A DNA stretch of 64,000 nt. It comes from Eledone cirrhosa (taxonomy: Eukaryota). A program made the position numbers and the translations under genes. The notes under the pieces are model-generated. The model searched no databases. It saw only the letters and a list, made by a program, of their open reading frames with translations, and was not told the origin of the DNA. This document shows, one piece after another, positions 1 to 14,378 of this stretch (position 1 is its first letter; each line of letters opens with the position of its first letter). The stretch is taken from positions 102,238,001-102,302,000 of the forward strand of contig OZ024741.1 of assembly GCA_964016885.1 (NCBI GenBank), read 5' to 3'.

Positions 1-35
<35 letters not shown>

Positions 36-585
36 CTGTAAATAAATATTTAAATAACTTACATATCATAGTGTGTTGTACATGTTGGAATCCAAGAAGC
101 TATTTAGATTCTAATTTTTCAGTTTTTTTGTTTTCATTTGATTGTAGTTTTTGGTTTTTCGTGACTGATTTTTCGTGTTCTCTACTGGAAAATTCCTTTC
201 GGGATGCAATTAGAATAACAGTAAATTCTGGAAAAAGAGTTAGGAAACATCGTTAATTCAATGTTGTTGATTTATGAAGTTTCTTTATTTGAAGCAAAAC
301 GTTTGGAAATTCGGTGGTAGAGTAGAAAGTTTTTTAACTTGGGGTTTCGTAGAGTAGTAGGAATTATAGCTTTAGGTTTCCTTTTTTTAACCTTATCTGC
401 AGCATTGAAATTACCTTGTGACAAACGGTGTAGAAGTTTAGAGTAATAATGAATTTGTTGAGCCGAGAACTTGATTTTGTTCAGGACATAGTTTCTAATG
501 TTGTATTTGATATTGACTGACAAAAATAAGGCATGTTCATGTACATGCTAAATTCTATATATATATATATAATTACTGAATAACC

Positions 586-633
<48 letters not shown>

Positions 634-638
<5 letters not shown>

Positions 639-890
639 TAGCAAGGTTTTTGATATGAAATCATGTGTTAAAACAAATATTGTTATATTTGGGGAGGGTC
701 ATATTGTTATAATATTGCCAGAAATAATAATAGGACACACTCACTGTTTAGTTTGGGTTGGTTTTCGCTTCTGTATCTTTTATATCTCCATAGTTAATTT
801 ATCTGGCAATCAATGTTTATATACAATATAAACATATATATATAATCTATAAAAGTTCTTTCGTCACACATCTGTGACACCATCAGTGGT
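634..890 (-). mobile_element. Penelope-like terminal-repeat remnant with degenerate hammerhead core
   Basis: Shares 'tttgggagggtcat' and 'aagttctttcgtcacacat' with the PLE end at 53600-53800. Minus strand reads CTGATGG-gtcaca/tgtgac-GAAAGAACTT; abuts a (TA)n tract. Confidence 0.55.
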
Positions 891-1532
891 ACTATTATGT
901 TTCCTATTATGTATGTATACAAACTGTCACGGATATCAAGGTGCCTTATCTAGAGTCGATGAGAACGACGAGAAATAATTAATAGACACCCGAGTTACGT
1001 ACTTTCGCAAGGTTTTCAACATAGGCATCGAAAATGGCTTTCAAAATTATATAAGAAAAACAATTATTTGACTAATTACTTTTGGCTTATATTAACGATC
1101 CCATCTTTGAAAATGTCTCTCTTCATTTAGCTATTTAAAGCTGCAAATTTTGGGTTGATTATTTATTCTGTACATATGGATCCATGGCTCTTAACAGCAT
1201 AAATTAGTATGTCTTTTGAAGCAATTATTCTGCCGTTTTTATTTTTATACTATTAATCATCGCAATAATCGTTGAAAAAAATGGCATTATGTTTTTCACA
1301 CTTCAATCAAACTTGAAAATTTCCAGAGAAATTGGAAGATTATATTTCTGCATCAGGCATTGGCTGACAGTTTCTTTTGTGTGCCGATAGACTCAGTTCC
1401 CTAACAACCATTTTTGTTTTGTCAAATTGGGGTGGATATCACACCTGAGGAAGGAGCCCTGCAAGGTGGACTCACTGATGCATCGCTGGCCGTTGTTCTC
1501 AGACGTAGCATATTCGTCAACTTGTCAGCAAC

Positions 1533-2100
1533 TAGCCAGCAGGCCTAGACCGCGGAGATGGCGAGAGCCCCGACGGAATCACCCTCTTCCAATTCGAAGG
1601 AGGTAGATCCCTCATCTGGGACGCCACCTGCTGCGACACGTTCTCCGCCTCCAGCTTAGTCGCTTCGACCACAAACCCCGGCATCGCGGCCCGCCTCGCA
1701 GAAGAACGTAAAACAAACACATATCGGGGTTTGTCCGGCCGCTTCCTCATCGCACCGGTCACCGTCGAGACCTCAGGCGTACTCGAACCCCATACAGCCT
1801 AGCTCTTCCGCAAGATCGGAGCGTCGACGGCCCGTCTGAGGAGGGAGCCACGGGAGGTTGCAGCGGGTGTCACTGGTCATCGTCCTCGGGAATGCTTTTG
1901 CCGTCTTGTCCGCGGGGCGGAACACTTCTACCCTCTTGCCCTAGGCCCAAAGCCCAATTACCCTTCCCCTTCACCCTCCCCTCTCTTCTGCGACACCAAG
2001 GCTCTTGCCATCCCCTCCCTTTCCCGTTCTTTTTCTTCTTTCTCAGTGCTTTCTCTATATTTCCTTATTCTTTCTTTCCTTTTGTTTCCTTTTTTTATTA
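1533..2100 (+). mobile_element. CRE-like non-LTR retrotransposon 3' fragment (restriction-like endonuclease domain)
   Basis: Hand translation from 1548: DRGDGESPDGITLFQFEGGRSLIWDATCCDTF...APVTVETSGVL, matching the PDG..LxWDxT..VETxG motif of CRE-clade RLE. In-frame stops present. Confidence 0.75.
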
Positions 2101-2120
2101 TTGCCGTCTTTATAATTGTC

Positions 2121-2310
2121 GGATTGGCAGTATCAGTAGAGGGTCGGACGCCATGCTTTGATGCAAAGAGTTACGTTCCTTTACGATCTGAGTTCAAATC
2201 CCGCCCAGGTTAACTTTACCTTTCATCCTTACGGGGTCGATAAAATAAAGTACCAGTAATGTACTTGGTAATTGCTGGCCTTGTGCCAAAAGTAGAAACA
2301 ATTATTATTA
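2121..2310 (+). mobile_element. tRNA-derived SINE with Deu/Nin-like central domain
   Basis: A-box-like tggcagtatcagtag, B-box gagttcaaatc, core ctttcatccttacggggtcgataaaataaagtacc and (tta)n tail; many copies in the window. Confidence 0.85.
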
Positions 2311-2850
2311 TTTTTAGTTACTGCAAATAATATCATGTTTAAAAAAATTAGATATCAATTGAGAAACCGTTCATTGACCCACATTCCTTTGAATTTCTGA
2401 TTCAAAGTTTGAGGAATAAATCTTATGCTGTTCGACATTAGGCCTGATCAGTATCGTTGTAAAAGTCTTTAAAGTTTCTGAGCTATTCATATCTCAAATG
2501 ATATCAAATTTTTTAAAATACCCTGTATATGATTCAGTCTTAACTGAATAGTTTGATCTCTACCCACCTCTCTCCAACTCTTTCCCTAACTTCTCTTTCC
2601 TTTTTTTATAGTATATTTTCTTTTCTTTTTATCATTACCACATTAAGAAGGTATTAAGAACACTATTAGCTATCACATTAATCGTTGACAAATAAAATTT
2701 TATTTAGGAGAAATGAAGTGTTTTCACCACTACTTATTCAGAAATTTTGATTCAATATATTTCTGTAACGGAACGATTTAATTAAAATTTACCTTTCCTT
2801 ATTCACTGATTCAGCCTCGGAAGAATTTGTAAGAAATCAACAAAAGTTTC

Positions 2851-3167
2851 GTATGTATGTATGTATGTATGTATGTATGTATGTATGTATGTATGTATGT
2901 ATGTATGTATGTATGTATGTATGTATGTATGTATGTATGTGTGTATGTATGTATGTATGTATGTATGTATGTAGGTATGTATGTATGTATGTATGTATGT
3001 ATGTATATGCCTGTAAATGTATGAATGTGTGTATGAATATATGCATGCATAATTGTATATATACATATGTCCATATACATATGTATGTATGTAAACGTAC
3101 ATGAATATGTAAATATTTGTACAAAAAAACCCATTTAAAATACATATATCATTTTGTGTAGACACAC

Positions 3168-3265
<98 letters not shown>

Positions 3266-3459
3266 CTGCGACTATCTATCTCTCTCTCTATATATATATA
3301 TAAAAACATACTTACATTCATATATATACATCTATATATATTATATACATACATACACACACACATATATATATATATATATACATACAGCTGTACATCT
3401 GTGTGCGTGTATATTTCTTTATGTGTTTATATAAATATATACATATATACATACACACG

Positions 3460-3551
<92 letters not shown>

Positions 3552-3560
3552 TGTGTGTGT
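2851..3560. repeat. Compound microsatellite (TATG)n/(TA)n/(TG)n
   Basis: Seen directly in the sequence. Confidence 0.95.
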
Positions 3561-3804
3561 CCATTTTAATCTGGTAATATCTTACAAGACATTCATCAAA
3601 GATAATTGAAAAGTCTTGGTTATTTTAGAAACACAAGGTGCATTCTTCATAATTGCTATTAACAAGATCAATACATCCGAAATAGCCACCACTCCTAGCT
3701 GTTTTTAATGCTCTATTGAATTGATTATATATATATAAAATATATATATATATACACATACGATTTCAGGCGGATATTGCTTGTGTTTGCGTTGTTAATA
3801 ATTT

Positions 3805-3925
3805 CTACAATAGGCACGAGGCCAGCAATTTTTGGCGAAAAGAAATTCGATTAAATCGACCCCATGTATTACACTGGTGCTTTACTTTATCGACTCCATA
3901 AGGATGAAAGGCAAAGTTAATTTTA
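3805..3925 (-). mobile_element. Partial Deu/Nin-domain SINE
   Basis: ggcacgaggccagcaattt...ggatgaaaggcaaagtt is the reverse complement of the SINE body. Confidence 0.7.
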
Positions 3926-3929
3926 GGGG

Positions 3930-6875
3930 GAATGATTTCTTTACTAGCCACACAGTGCTCACATTAAGAAAATATCAAAAACTGCAGAAGACAAACTGGT
4001 TGGAAAGCAGCACTTTTTTCACCACTCTGATTTTTCTCTTCAAGTGAAACCTGAAAACGTTAACCCTTTCAAAGGCGTCCACCATACGACCTCTTTCACC
4101 ATGGCAATCAGGCAGATAAAACTCTTTGTCCATCCCCTTTAACGGAAGATGGTGGGCCATCTTCACAATTAACTCAGTTGATAATCGGATCCGCCATACA
4201 CGTAACATAAACCAACAAGTCAGTGATACTCGAGATACTCGGTGAGTGCATGCAGTATGGTTTCATCGCCATACGTGCATCTCGGACAGGCCCGGCTAAC
4301 GGAAATTCCATGCCTATAGAGTTTATCTTAAACTGGCAAGGCGCCTCGGTAACATTGCCAGGAAAGGGATTTCTGGAAGTTATCCATGAGCCCTGGACTG
4401 AAAGTCCTCTGGAAAAGAGTGGTTAGTTGATTTTTGTTAACGTCCACTGTCTTCCCATGAACGTCATCATTTCCCCCGCCACTTACTCTCTATAGAACGC
4501 CAAGGTGAAGTTGCCATTGATCATACATTCCAGTCTCTAAGCGCTCCCTCTGGGTCTTTGCTTGACCCATGACTGCAGCTCCATTAAGTACACCACAACT
4601 GTCCACTCTCAAGATAAAGCTGGAGATGACATAACCTCAACGCATCATCAACCACGGCATGCCCAATACTCCACGTAGCGGATGTTGACAGCAAATGGAC
4701 GACTGACCAATAGAACATGTCCCTCCCACAAAAAGCGAAAGAGTAAACGTTTCATTGCAATCAGACGTGGACCATGACAATGCATGATGGTTAGGCAATA
4801 GTAAAATAATAATAGTTATATAAGTTGTAAATAATTGAGCACTCTTGTACGATTGAATATCATTCTATTATAAATATGATTTTAAACAGATAATATGCTC
4901 ATGTATAAAACAAATGATATACTTGTAACTGCGTAAAGTGCGTGGCGTGAACAATCTGGTGTTTATTTTGTGGCTTACCAATGTATCCAGTGAGCTTCTC
5001 TGCCATTGGTGTTGGGAAGACATTCGGCAAGAAAGGAAAATAAAACTGAAGGAAAAGGAAAAACACAAACAATAATGGTTTCTTTATTAGCCACACAAGG
5101 CTTTCATTAAAAAAACAAAAACATTAAAAATGGCACAAGACGGTACAATTTGGGTCTTATCGTCGATGTAAAACTGGAAATGACGTAGTCTTAGCGCATG
5201 TTTTCACATCATCAGCCACGTCATCCTCAGTTCTCCATGCAGCGGGTGTTGGCAGCAAATGAACAGACCAGTGGTACATGTCCGTCATAAAAAGCGAAAG
5301 AGCAAAATCTCCAATACGGTAAGACGTGGACTAGGACAAGGCTCGACGGTCATTCGATAGTAGATGACAGTCGTGATGCATGCGTTCGCCACCTTTGCCC
5401 AACCTTGCTGGTATAGCTTCCTCTTGATTCATTTCTGGGTGAGAGTGGCCACCCTGGTCGTTACCGCATCCTAAGTTTTGTCCATTTGGAGGTCTGGACC
5501 AAACCAAAACCCAACCAACTTTATTGGTCCACCCAGCACCAGGTGTGCTGTTGGACGTCATGGATTGCCTCTTCGGGTGCCAAGAAACAGGCCCACCGAC
5601 TTTTACAGCTTAGTTGTATTTCCTGTTATTGCTTCGTATTCCCCTAGAGCGTTGCCGATCAACTCAATATGATTGCTGCTCTACATCTCCACGGTTACGT
5701 CGTCCATATATGCTCACACGGATCTTCCACATCCTAGTTCACGCGGGATGTGTCTCAACGTCTCCAACTTGTGCAGAAATGGCCCGAGAGTCAATATACA
5801 CAACAGGGACGAGAGGGAATAACCTTGGTGGACCGAGAGCCTGGCGTTGAATGGTTTCGAGATATGGCCATTCACTGAGCACAAAGCAGATGTCGATACA
5901 TCTGCTAAAAACGGGCTCAAAGCCGGCTGCCTTGAGAACTGCAGGTAGGTACTGATGGTCGATTATATCGAAAGCTTTCAATTGATGTAAGTTGATCAGA
6001 GTCCTCTCCGCGCCAGGTCACATTTGAATGTATAACTTAAGATGGAGGTTTTCGTGGATGGATTTGTCCTGAATGGTGCATGTCTGTGCCTCCCCTGCCA
6101 GACCACCGATAACAAACACCAACCTCGTTGCTAATATTTTGGCGAAGGTTTTGAACTCTGCGTTCAGCAGAGTTATATACCTGAAATTATCTACGTTGTC
6201 CGCCTTGTTCTGGTCCTGTCTCAACCACGCCACCACGGCGCACAGAACTGGGAATTGTCTTGTTCTACTGGCAGTTGGCATAGACGTCCGCTAAGATGTC
6301 ACCAAACAAGTTTGGCATGTCTACATAAATCTCGTAAGACAGACCATCCAAACCAGGCGATTTGCCCCTCGTGCAGCTAGCCAACGCGTCCCATATTTCA
6401 TCGGCTGTTATCGGCTTTTCACAACACTTCGCCTCCCTCACTGAGAGATGCCACAGGCCGTCAAGCTAGGTACTGAAATCGGTCCCTCGATCCGGCCTGC
6501 CACTACTCCCCTACATTTGAGCGAAGGTCGCTGAAAAGCCGTACACATTTGCTTGAGATCGAGTACCATGCTCCAGTTGGGATCCAACAAAGACCGGATT
6601 GTGGCGTTTTTGCCACGCCACGCCTCAACAACACGAACTCATTGAACAGCTCGGATAACGCAGCTTTCGTGTATCACGTTGAAGAATTTGTCGAGCGCCA
6701 ATCTCACTGCAAGCTCGTCGGTTGCGATGCCTTTCCTATGGGCCTCTTCTAGATTTCTATATAGATTTCTATATAATTTTCCCTTTAGTCTAGTTTTCTC
6801 TATCGCTACTCCGTTACTAAACCGATTCTTCTCTAATTGCCATTTTCAGGACGAGCCACCATTTGTCCTCTTGTA
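3930..6875 (-). mobile_element. Degenerate L1/Tx1-like LINE ORF2 fragments (at least two pieces)
   Basis: Broken frames contain KSPGLDGL (~6340-6365), FRYITLLNAEFKTFAKILATRL, KAFDIIDHQYL and VHQGYSLS, which are RT motifs. The C-terminal part is homologous to 61008-61433. Confidence 0.75.
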
Positions 6876-6879
6876 GATT

Positions 6880-7195
6880 TTTCAAAAGGTGGGTGAATGT
6901 AGCGAGGATGGTCCGAGTGATTGGGCCTACTCTTAACATAAGCCTCTAGGCTAGGGAGTTTAGAGAAGAGAGGGGCACATTTCCATGATGCCCTTGGTGA
7001 TCAGGGTGGTTTAGGATCTGGGAGGTTCCTAAGTTACCCCTGGGTGGTACTCCCGCTTATTGGGGAATATTATTATTATTAATATGTTGTTAATCGTTTC
7101 CTGTTATCTTTTCTACGTGTGTTATGCAAATCCTCTCTGTCCTTGTTTTTTTTTATTGTCCTTTATGTTCCGGTCTAGTGGCCAATAAAATAACA
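6880..7195 (+). mobile_element. 3' UTR fragment of the same L1/Tx1-like family
   Basis: Similar to 61430-61770 (aaaggtgggtgaatgt...gtggccaataaaat). Confidence 0.65.
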
Positions 7196-7495
7196 ATAGT
7201 TTCTGATTTTGGCACAAGGCCAACAATTTTGGAGGAGAGGCTAGTCGATTAAAACCACCCTAGTGTGTTACTGGTACTTTATTTTATGAACTCCGTTAGG
7301 ATGAAAGGCAAACCTATTCTCGGCGGGATTTGAACTCAGTATGTTATGTCCCTTTACGTTCTGAGTTCAAATCCTGCAGATGTTAGCTTTGCCTCAATAA
7401 AATAAATTACCCATTGCTCAATGGGGTCAATTTAATCAAATTTCCCCTCTCCCAACATTGTTGGCTTTTGCTTACATCAGAAACAATTATTATTG
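7195..7495. mobile_element. Two partial Deu/Nin SINEs in head-to-head arrangement
   Basis: Minus copy ends in gatttgaactcag (~7339); plus copy follows with ctgagttcaaatc (~7361). Confidence 0.7.
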
Positions 7496-8376
7496 TAGTT
7501 ATATTGGTACAATAGTGTTTAAAATGTTATTACTGTTGTAGTTGTGTGATTATTGATGATGATAATTTTTTCGTTATTAGCGTTTTTAACATTCGGAAGA
7601 TCTTTTTACTCACTATTTATAGAACATGCAATGTATTACTAGCTGTAATTGTGTTTTTTTAAACTCTCTACATGCCACCGGAAGTTGATATGAATATCTT
7701 CAAGCGAAAACATATTATACCGTTGATTTCGTGACATTGACATATGGTTAGTTTAACAGTGGAACATCCCCTCCCCAACTAAAATAGATATATACATATA
7801 AATGTACTCACGCATACATGCATACATAATCAGACGCACCCACATACACACACACATACACATTCAAGTACTTATACATAAGTAGGTAATTTCTCAAAAC
7901 GTATTGGGGTGGAATGGAGTGGTGTAGAATGGAGTTGGTTGGGGTTTGGTGGGGGAGGTGCAGCAATCGGTTAATTTCGGAAAGCACAAGAATATTTTAA
8001 AGCAGAATTCTATTTTTCGATAAATGTTTTCATGAAAAGTTAACGAACCATAATTTAACATGCCACGAGCTACTGTGGCGTTCATATAGTGAATATGGAT
8101 GAGCTAAATGTGTTTTAACTCGAGCTACCATTGCAGGTTCAATTGCCACTTAGTCCGTTAGATAGCAAATCACCTGAAACCACTATAGGTTCGACAATAC
8201 TGAGTTGTTTATTTTTAAATGTTTTTATTTATCTAAAAAATTTTTAAAAACAATTCGTACATAAAATTATGATGGAAGAGACAATACACAATGATGTTAT
8301 AATTAAGATAAAAACTACTCGTAATCATGTATTTTGTCATTATCATGCAGGTATCAAATGGATATATATATATAAT

Positions 8377-8561
8377 AATTGTTTCTACATTCGGCACAAG
8401 GCCAGCAATTACCCAGTACATTACTGGTACTTTATTTTATCGACCTCGTAAGGATGAAAGGCAAAGTTAACCTTGGCGGGATTTGAATTCGGATCGTAAA
8501 GGGACGTAACTATGCTAGAAAGCATGTCCAACCTTCTACCAACTCTGCCAATCCACCGCCC
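8377..8561 (-). mobile_element. Deu/Nin SINE, full length
   Basis: Reverse complement of the SINE consensus, flanked by duplicated tatatatataataat. Confidence 0.85.
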
Positions 8562-8770
8562 TTTATATATATATAATAATGATAATGCTTTATAATAAAA
8601 GGACGATTTGTTATATCTTCATTACGTTTATTGAGTTGTGACGCGCGTTTCGCTATTGATCAGCTCAAAGTTCGATTTGTATCGATCTATCCCGACTCTG
8701 GAATTAAAAGCTCGTCGGACTTCTGCTGTGGTAATGACAGAAAGAACCGCCGTAAGAGGTTCATTCAATA

Positions 8771-9168
8771 GAGCGGTGGTTTGGCAGTATCGGTAGAGCT
8801 TCAGACACTATGCTTTGCAGCATAGAGTTATGGCCATTTACGTTCTGAGATCAAATCCGCCGAGGTTAACTTTGCTTTTCCCCCTTACGGGGTCGATAAA
8901 ATAAAGTACCAGTCACGCACTGGAGTCGATTTAATCGACTTTCCCCTCCCCCAAAATTGCTGGCCTTGTGTCTATATAAGAATGGATTGGCAGCGTCGGT
9001 AGAGGGTCGGACGCCATGCTTTCCAGCATAGTTACGTCCCTTTACGATCTGAGTTCAAATCCCGCCGAGGTTGACTTTGCCTTTCATCCTTACGGGGTCG
9101 ATAAAATAAAGTACCAGTGATGCACTGGGTAATTGCTGGCCTTGTGCCTAAAGTAGAAACAATTATTA
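8771..9168 (+). mobile_element. Two tandem Deu/Nin SINEs
   Basis: Two successive copies, starting at ~8771 and ~8985. Confidence 0.85.
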
Positions 9169-10281
9169 CACTCTGCTTAGTTCTACACTTCTATACTTAC
9201 TGGAAACTACGCATCAAGTGCTCACTCTGGTGAACCTACTATAACTGGACGTTACAATCCCTATATATATATATTACAACACCCATGGAGCACGGACTCA
9301 ATTCGTATCACCTGAAATTTTATCTCTAATTCACTACGCTTCAACCACCATCAATAATAGAATTAGTTTCGACTGAATAAACACATGGTTATTATATTTC
9401 TGGTGTTGGACAAAGAACTTGGATGTAATGCCCATGGTTTTCACAAATGTATTAACGGAATAAGTGAAATGAAATTAGATAAATTAATCCAATCGGGAAT
9501 CATAAACAAAATCCGCACATTTTAAATTCCAGTCGGAAATCGAAAACAGTAGATAAGATAATATTCGTTCGTTCTAAACTTACACAGTTTATACACAGCA
9601 TTAGCCAATTATTAGCTCGATACTGAACTAACATATTATCATATCTATTTAGTTGCCCAATCTTATTTCAACTTGATGTCAATGTGCTGAAGTTAAATGC
9701 TGGTAAAGTAACTATGTTGCTTTCATAGGGATACAAATGATTAGATAAAAGATACATTCTCCCTCATTTCCCAAATTTCTTTCTTTATTTTAATTCAAAA
9801 TTCTCTTCGCTGATTGTTTCAACCATAACTATCGATCTATCGATCTACACTCTCACACCGAAGTAATTCGATATTTATGGTTAATCTGTCGGAACCCTTT
9901 CTAGAGTAATAATCCTGTTAAAGTTAACACGTTTCTCTCCAAGATTGATCAAATAGCTAGTTTTCCCCGCCCAAGGGCACATTGTATGAGTTGCAACCTA
10001 ATTGTAGCGTGTTACATTGAAGAAACAAGGAGTTGGTAATCGACATTTAATTAAAGAGGATCAGGAAATATTATACATAAAATATCACACCTCAGTTATG
10101 CACACACTCAAATATATTTATACACAATCACATACATTTAAACATACACACACAAACACAATAACTCACAAACACAAACGCATATATAATTGATGTAACG
10201 GAAGTATAATGTTCACATTTAACAGTCATTAATGAACATACTGCTATTAAATTACTCGTGATTTCATGATAATCATAATAA

Positions 10282-10470
10282 TAATTGTTTCTAATTTTGG
10301 CACAAGACCAGCAATTGGGAGGGGGAGTCGATTAAATCGACCCCAATGTATTATTGGTGCTTTATTTTATCAACCCTCGGCGGGATTTGAACTCAGACCG
10401 TAAAGGGGCATAACCCTATGCCATAAAGCATATTGTCCGACGCTCTACCTATACTGTAATCCTACCACCC
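10282..10470 (-). mobile_element. Deu/Nin SINE
   Basis: Reverse-complement match to the family, with an internal deletion. Confidence 0.75.
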
Positions 10471-10554
10471 TATAATAATAATAATTATTATTATTATTAT
10501 AAAAATAATAATGATGATGATGATAACAATAATTATGATAACTTCTTTTATTAT

Positions 10555-11510
10555 TTATTTTATCCAAGATGATGTGCAGTTTTCAACATGAAAAGAGGGC
10601 AAAGTCCTATCTAACTGGCATCGGATTACCATATGGTGAACGAAGGAGTGATTCATATGATGGTGGTTACAAATATCTAGAAATCGTAGAGATTGATGAG
10701 ACATTGCAGGAACCAATGATGCACAATGTAAAGTAAAACCAAAACAAAATAAAATAAAAACATATCTACATGAGCTAAAAATTATCCTTAAGTCTAAACT
10801 GCATCCAAGAAACTTGATTCTTGCAGAGACAATTGGGTAAACACCTGGGTTGAATCTGTGATACAGTGTTGCGATCCTCAAGTAGACTGAGGCAGAGATA
10901 TAATGCAGAACAAGAAATATGATGACCATACATTAGACATTACACCCAAAAGCTAGTGTAAATCGGTTGTGCATGAAACACACAATTAGAAGGAAAGGGT
11001 GATATGTGTTAGAAAATGGTTCAATCAACAATAACATGTCAGCCGTTAATTACTACTTGATAAATAGTAACGAAAAACCTCTACAATGTGCATTGGCAGT
11101 TATAGGCCTACAGAAGGGAAAAGTGGAAAGTAAAGTAAAGTAAGAGTTTATAAGACGAGTTTGAAGAGAAAAGAGAGGCCGTAGTTGGAAAAACATTGTA
11201 TGGCCTGTTTAAACGACACAGTTTGAATTGACTAATGAAAGGTCTTGAGATTGGGGCTGCCACAGTGATCTAAAAAAGGTGACAGAAGGACTGAATACTA
11301 AGTCAGTGAATAAAGGTAAATATCATTTAGGTGAAAGTATGAAGTGCCCTCTGGGTGGAATTAACAAGAAGATATAATAAGGTCCGTATGTATGATCACT
11401 GAACAATGTGTAAAAAATATGGTTATCAGGCGCCTGATAAGTTGTATTAGCATGTCACAGGAAGCGTCCTTGATAACAGAGGCAAATTCAAGAGGCTGGG
11501 ATTATGTTTA
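10555..11510 (+). mobile_element. Highly degenerate R4/Dong-like LINE fragment
   Basis: Broken frames give GYKYLEI, HPKASVNRL and LKKVTEGL, resembling the post-RT region of the intact element at 15165-18674. Confidence 0.5.
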
Positions 11511-11521
11511 TATATATATAT

Positions 11522-12150
11522 AAAATTAGAATTGGTGTTCTGAAATAGCGACGTATATATGAATGTATATATAGTGTATTTGGTAATACACTGTATGCTT
11601 AATTAAAAGCATTTTGAAGACCTTACGCTATTGTTTTAAAGTAGTGACTATGTCACTTACTTCTTTTTTCAACAAACAAAGGGAGATAAGCTGAGAGATC
11701 TCTGTTTCATACTGTTGGTATTCCTCAGAGCATAGCACTACTCTTGTTTGTTGAAATTTATGAATGTTGGATTCTCATAGAATTCCAGTAATAATCAGGA
11801 ACTGATTATACAGAGCGGTTGCCGGTCCAGCAAAAATTGGAAATTAGAATTGGTGTTCTGAAATAGCGATGTATATATATATGAATGTATATATAGTGTA
11901 TTTGGTAATACACTGTATGCTTAATTAAAAGCATTTTGAAGACGTTACGCTATTGTTGGATTATTATGAATGTTGGATTCTTATAGAATTCCAGTAATAA
12001 TCAGGAACTGATTATACAGATCTGTTGCCGGTCCAGCAAAAATTAAAAAAAGTAAGTGACATAGTCACTACTTTAAAATAATAGCGTAAGGTCTTCAAAA
12101 TGCTTTTAATGAAGCATACAGTGGATTACCAAATACACTATATATACATT
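11522..12150. repeat. Direct (period ~318 bp) plus inverted duplication, PLE-terminus-like
   Basis: aaattagaattggtgttctgaaatagcga at 11523 and 11841; 11560-11668 is inverted at 12045-12152. Confidence 0.8.
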
Positions 12151-12243
<93 letters not shown>

Positions 12244-12481
12244 ACTAACCACTCTAACATTTTAGTAAAATATATTCAACAGCAGCACAAATGACTGAAA
12301 CCAGTAAAAAAAAACAAGAATAATGTATACATACATTCACACACGCACACACATATATATATATAAATATATATATATATCCAGGAGTGTAAGGTGAAGT
12401 TACTGTAGGTTCACCCAGGTGAGCACTCGATATTTAGATTCTCGTCTGTAGCCAGGTGTAGAGCTAGACAGAGTGTAATAT

Positions 12482-12720
12482 AATAATAAAAAGACGATTT
12501 GTAATGCCTTCATTACGTTTATTGATTAGTGACGTGCGTTTCGCTATTGATCAACTTAATGTTCATTCTGTCATTACAACAGCAGAGGTGCGTCGAGATT
12601 TTGATGCCAGAGTGAGGCCAGATCGATACAGATCGAACCTTGAACTGATCAATAGCGAAACGCGCGTCACCAATCAATAAACGTAATGAAGTCTTAACAA
12701 ATTGTCCTTGTATTATTATA
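12482..12720. repeat. Inverted repeat containing a GAAACGCGCGTC hammerhead 3' half; homolog at 8590-8750
   Basis: Arms 12485-12552 and 12645-12718 are reverse complements; same family as 8590-8750. Confidence 0.7.
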
Positions 12721-13218
12721 CGTATATATATGTATATATGTGAGTGTGTATATATGTATATATATTTATGCCTGTGTGTATGTATGTGTATGATTGTGTG
12801 TGTGTGTGTGTAAAGAGAGAAGGAGAGAGAGGGAGAAAGAGAGAAAGATAGAGAAAAGTAGCCCATTTAGTAGTATGACAGTGGTCTCTAGTGTAGTGGC
12901 AGCAGTAGATCAGTTAATGTGCAGAATCGTTTAAATGTGACAGATACAAGCATCATTATTTTTACCTTCCCTTTCACTTACAACTTCAATATCCCATTTA
13001 TCGTCATTTAGTTTGTGAAGGGATCCCTAAGGTCTTGTACCGCTCATTCATGTCCGATACACTAAAAAAGCAACGCTGATTCAATATGAAATATTATAGA
13101 AAGTTATAAACAATATATGATCGATATAGAACGATTGCTCCATAAAGGTGTCTTGCAGTGAAGCATTGAACATGCTTTTATTCTAGTATATTTTGCTTTC
13201 CACTCTAAAATGCATTAT

Positions 13219-13522
<304 letters not shown>

Positions 13523-13561
13523 ATATATATACATATATTTCTCTCTCTCTCTTTCTCTCTA

Positions 13562-13620
<59 letters not shown>

Positions 13621-14296
13621 GCACATTCATAAATTTCATAACATATATGGTTTGGCCTAAAAAATAAATATAAATACAAAATAAAAAAAAAGCCTTTATC
13701 ACTCTCAATCTGCCCATATATATGTATTTGTGTGTGTGTGCTTGTTTATATGTATAAGTTAGTATATATAAAAGATGTTGCTTTACATGAAAAACATATA
13801 TATATTTCAAACATAAGTTTTACAGTTATTGCCCTTTTATATGAAACCTTTTTTTTTTTTTTATTTTTATGCGATATATAACAACTAAACAATAAAACAG
13901 CATAACAAATATACAGGAAGGAAATATGTCGTTTATCGAAAGGATTTTATTTAAATGCGGCGTTCTTTTCTCTATATTCTTCATCAACTTTTTTGTTGGT
14001 TGGCGATTTGGTTGTAGAAATGAAGAAAAAAGAAACTGGGTGGCATTCACACCTTTTCAATATCGTAAGAATCATATTAATAGTATATAATGCTAATCCC
14101 AACAGATGGTGCTGATTGGTGTCAGCGAAAGCATATACACTATGCTTAAATATAAAATATACATTACGTCTCACTATGGGCATTTTAAACTGCATGCTTA
14201 TTATATTTAAATATATTGTACATGTTTTCATATACACCTTTAGTGTGTGTGTGTGTGTGGGGGGGGGGGGGTGGGTGTGTGTGTATGTGTGTGGGT

Positions 14297-14356
<60 letters not shown>

Positions 14357-14378
14357 ATGTATGTATGTATGTTGTGTC

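Noticed and set aside
2121-2310. tRNA gene call from A/B boxes
   Set aside because: No cloverleaf; multi-copy SINE head with tails and TSDs.
2803-3609. Many YI/HT/CV/ER-rich ORFs here and throughout the window
   Set aside because: They are translations of dinucleotide and tetranucleotide microsatellites, not genes.
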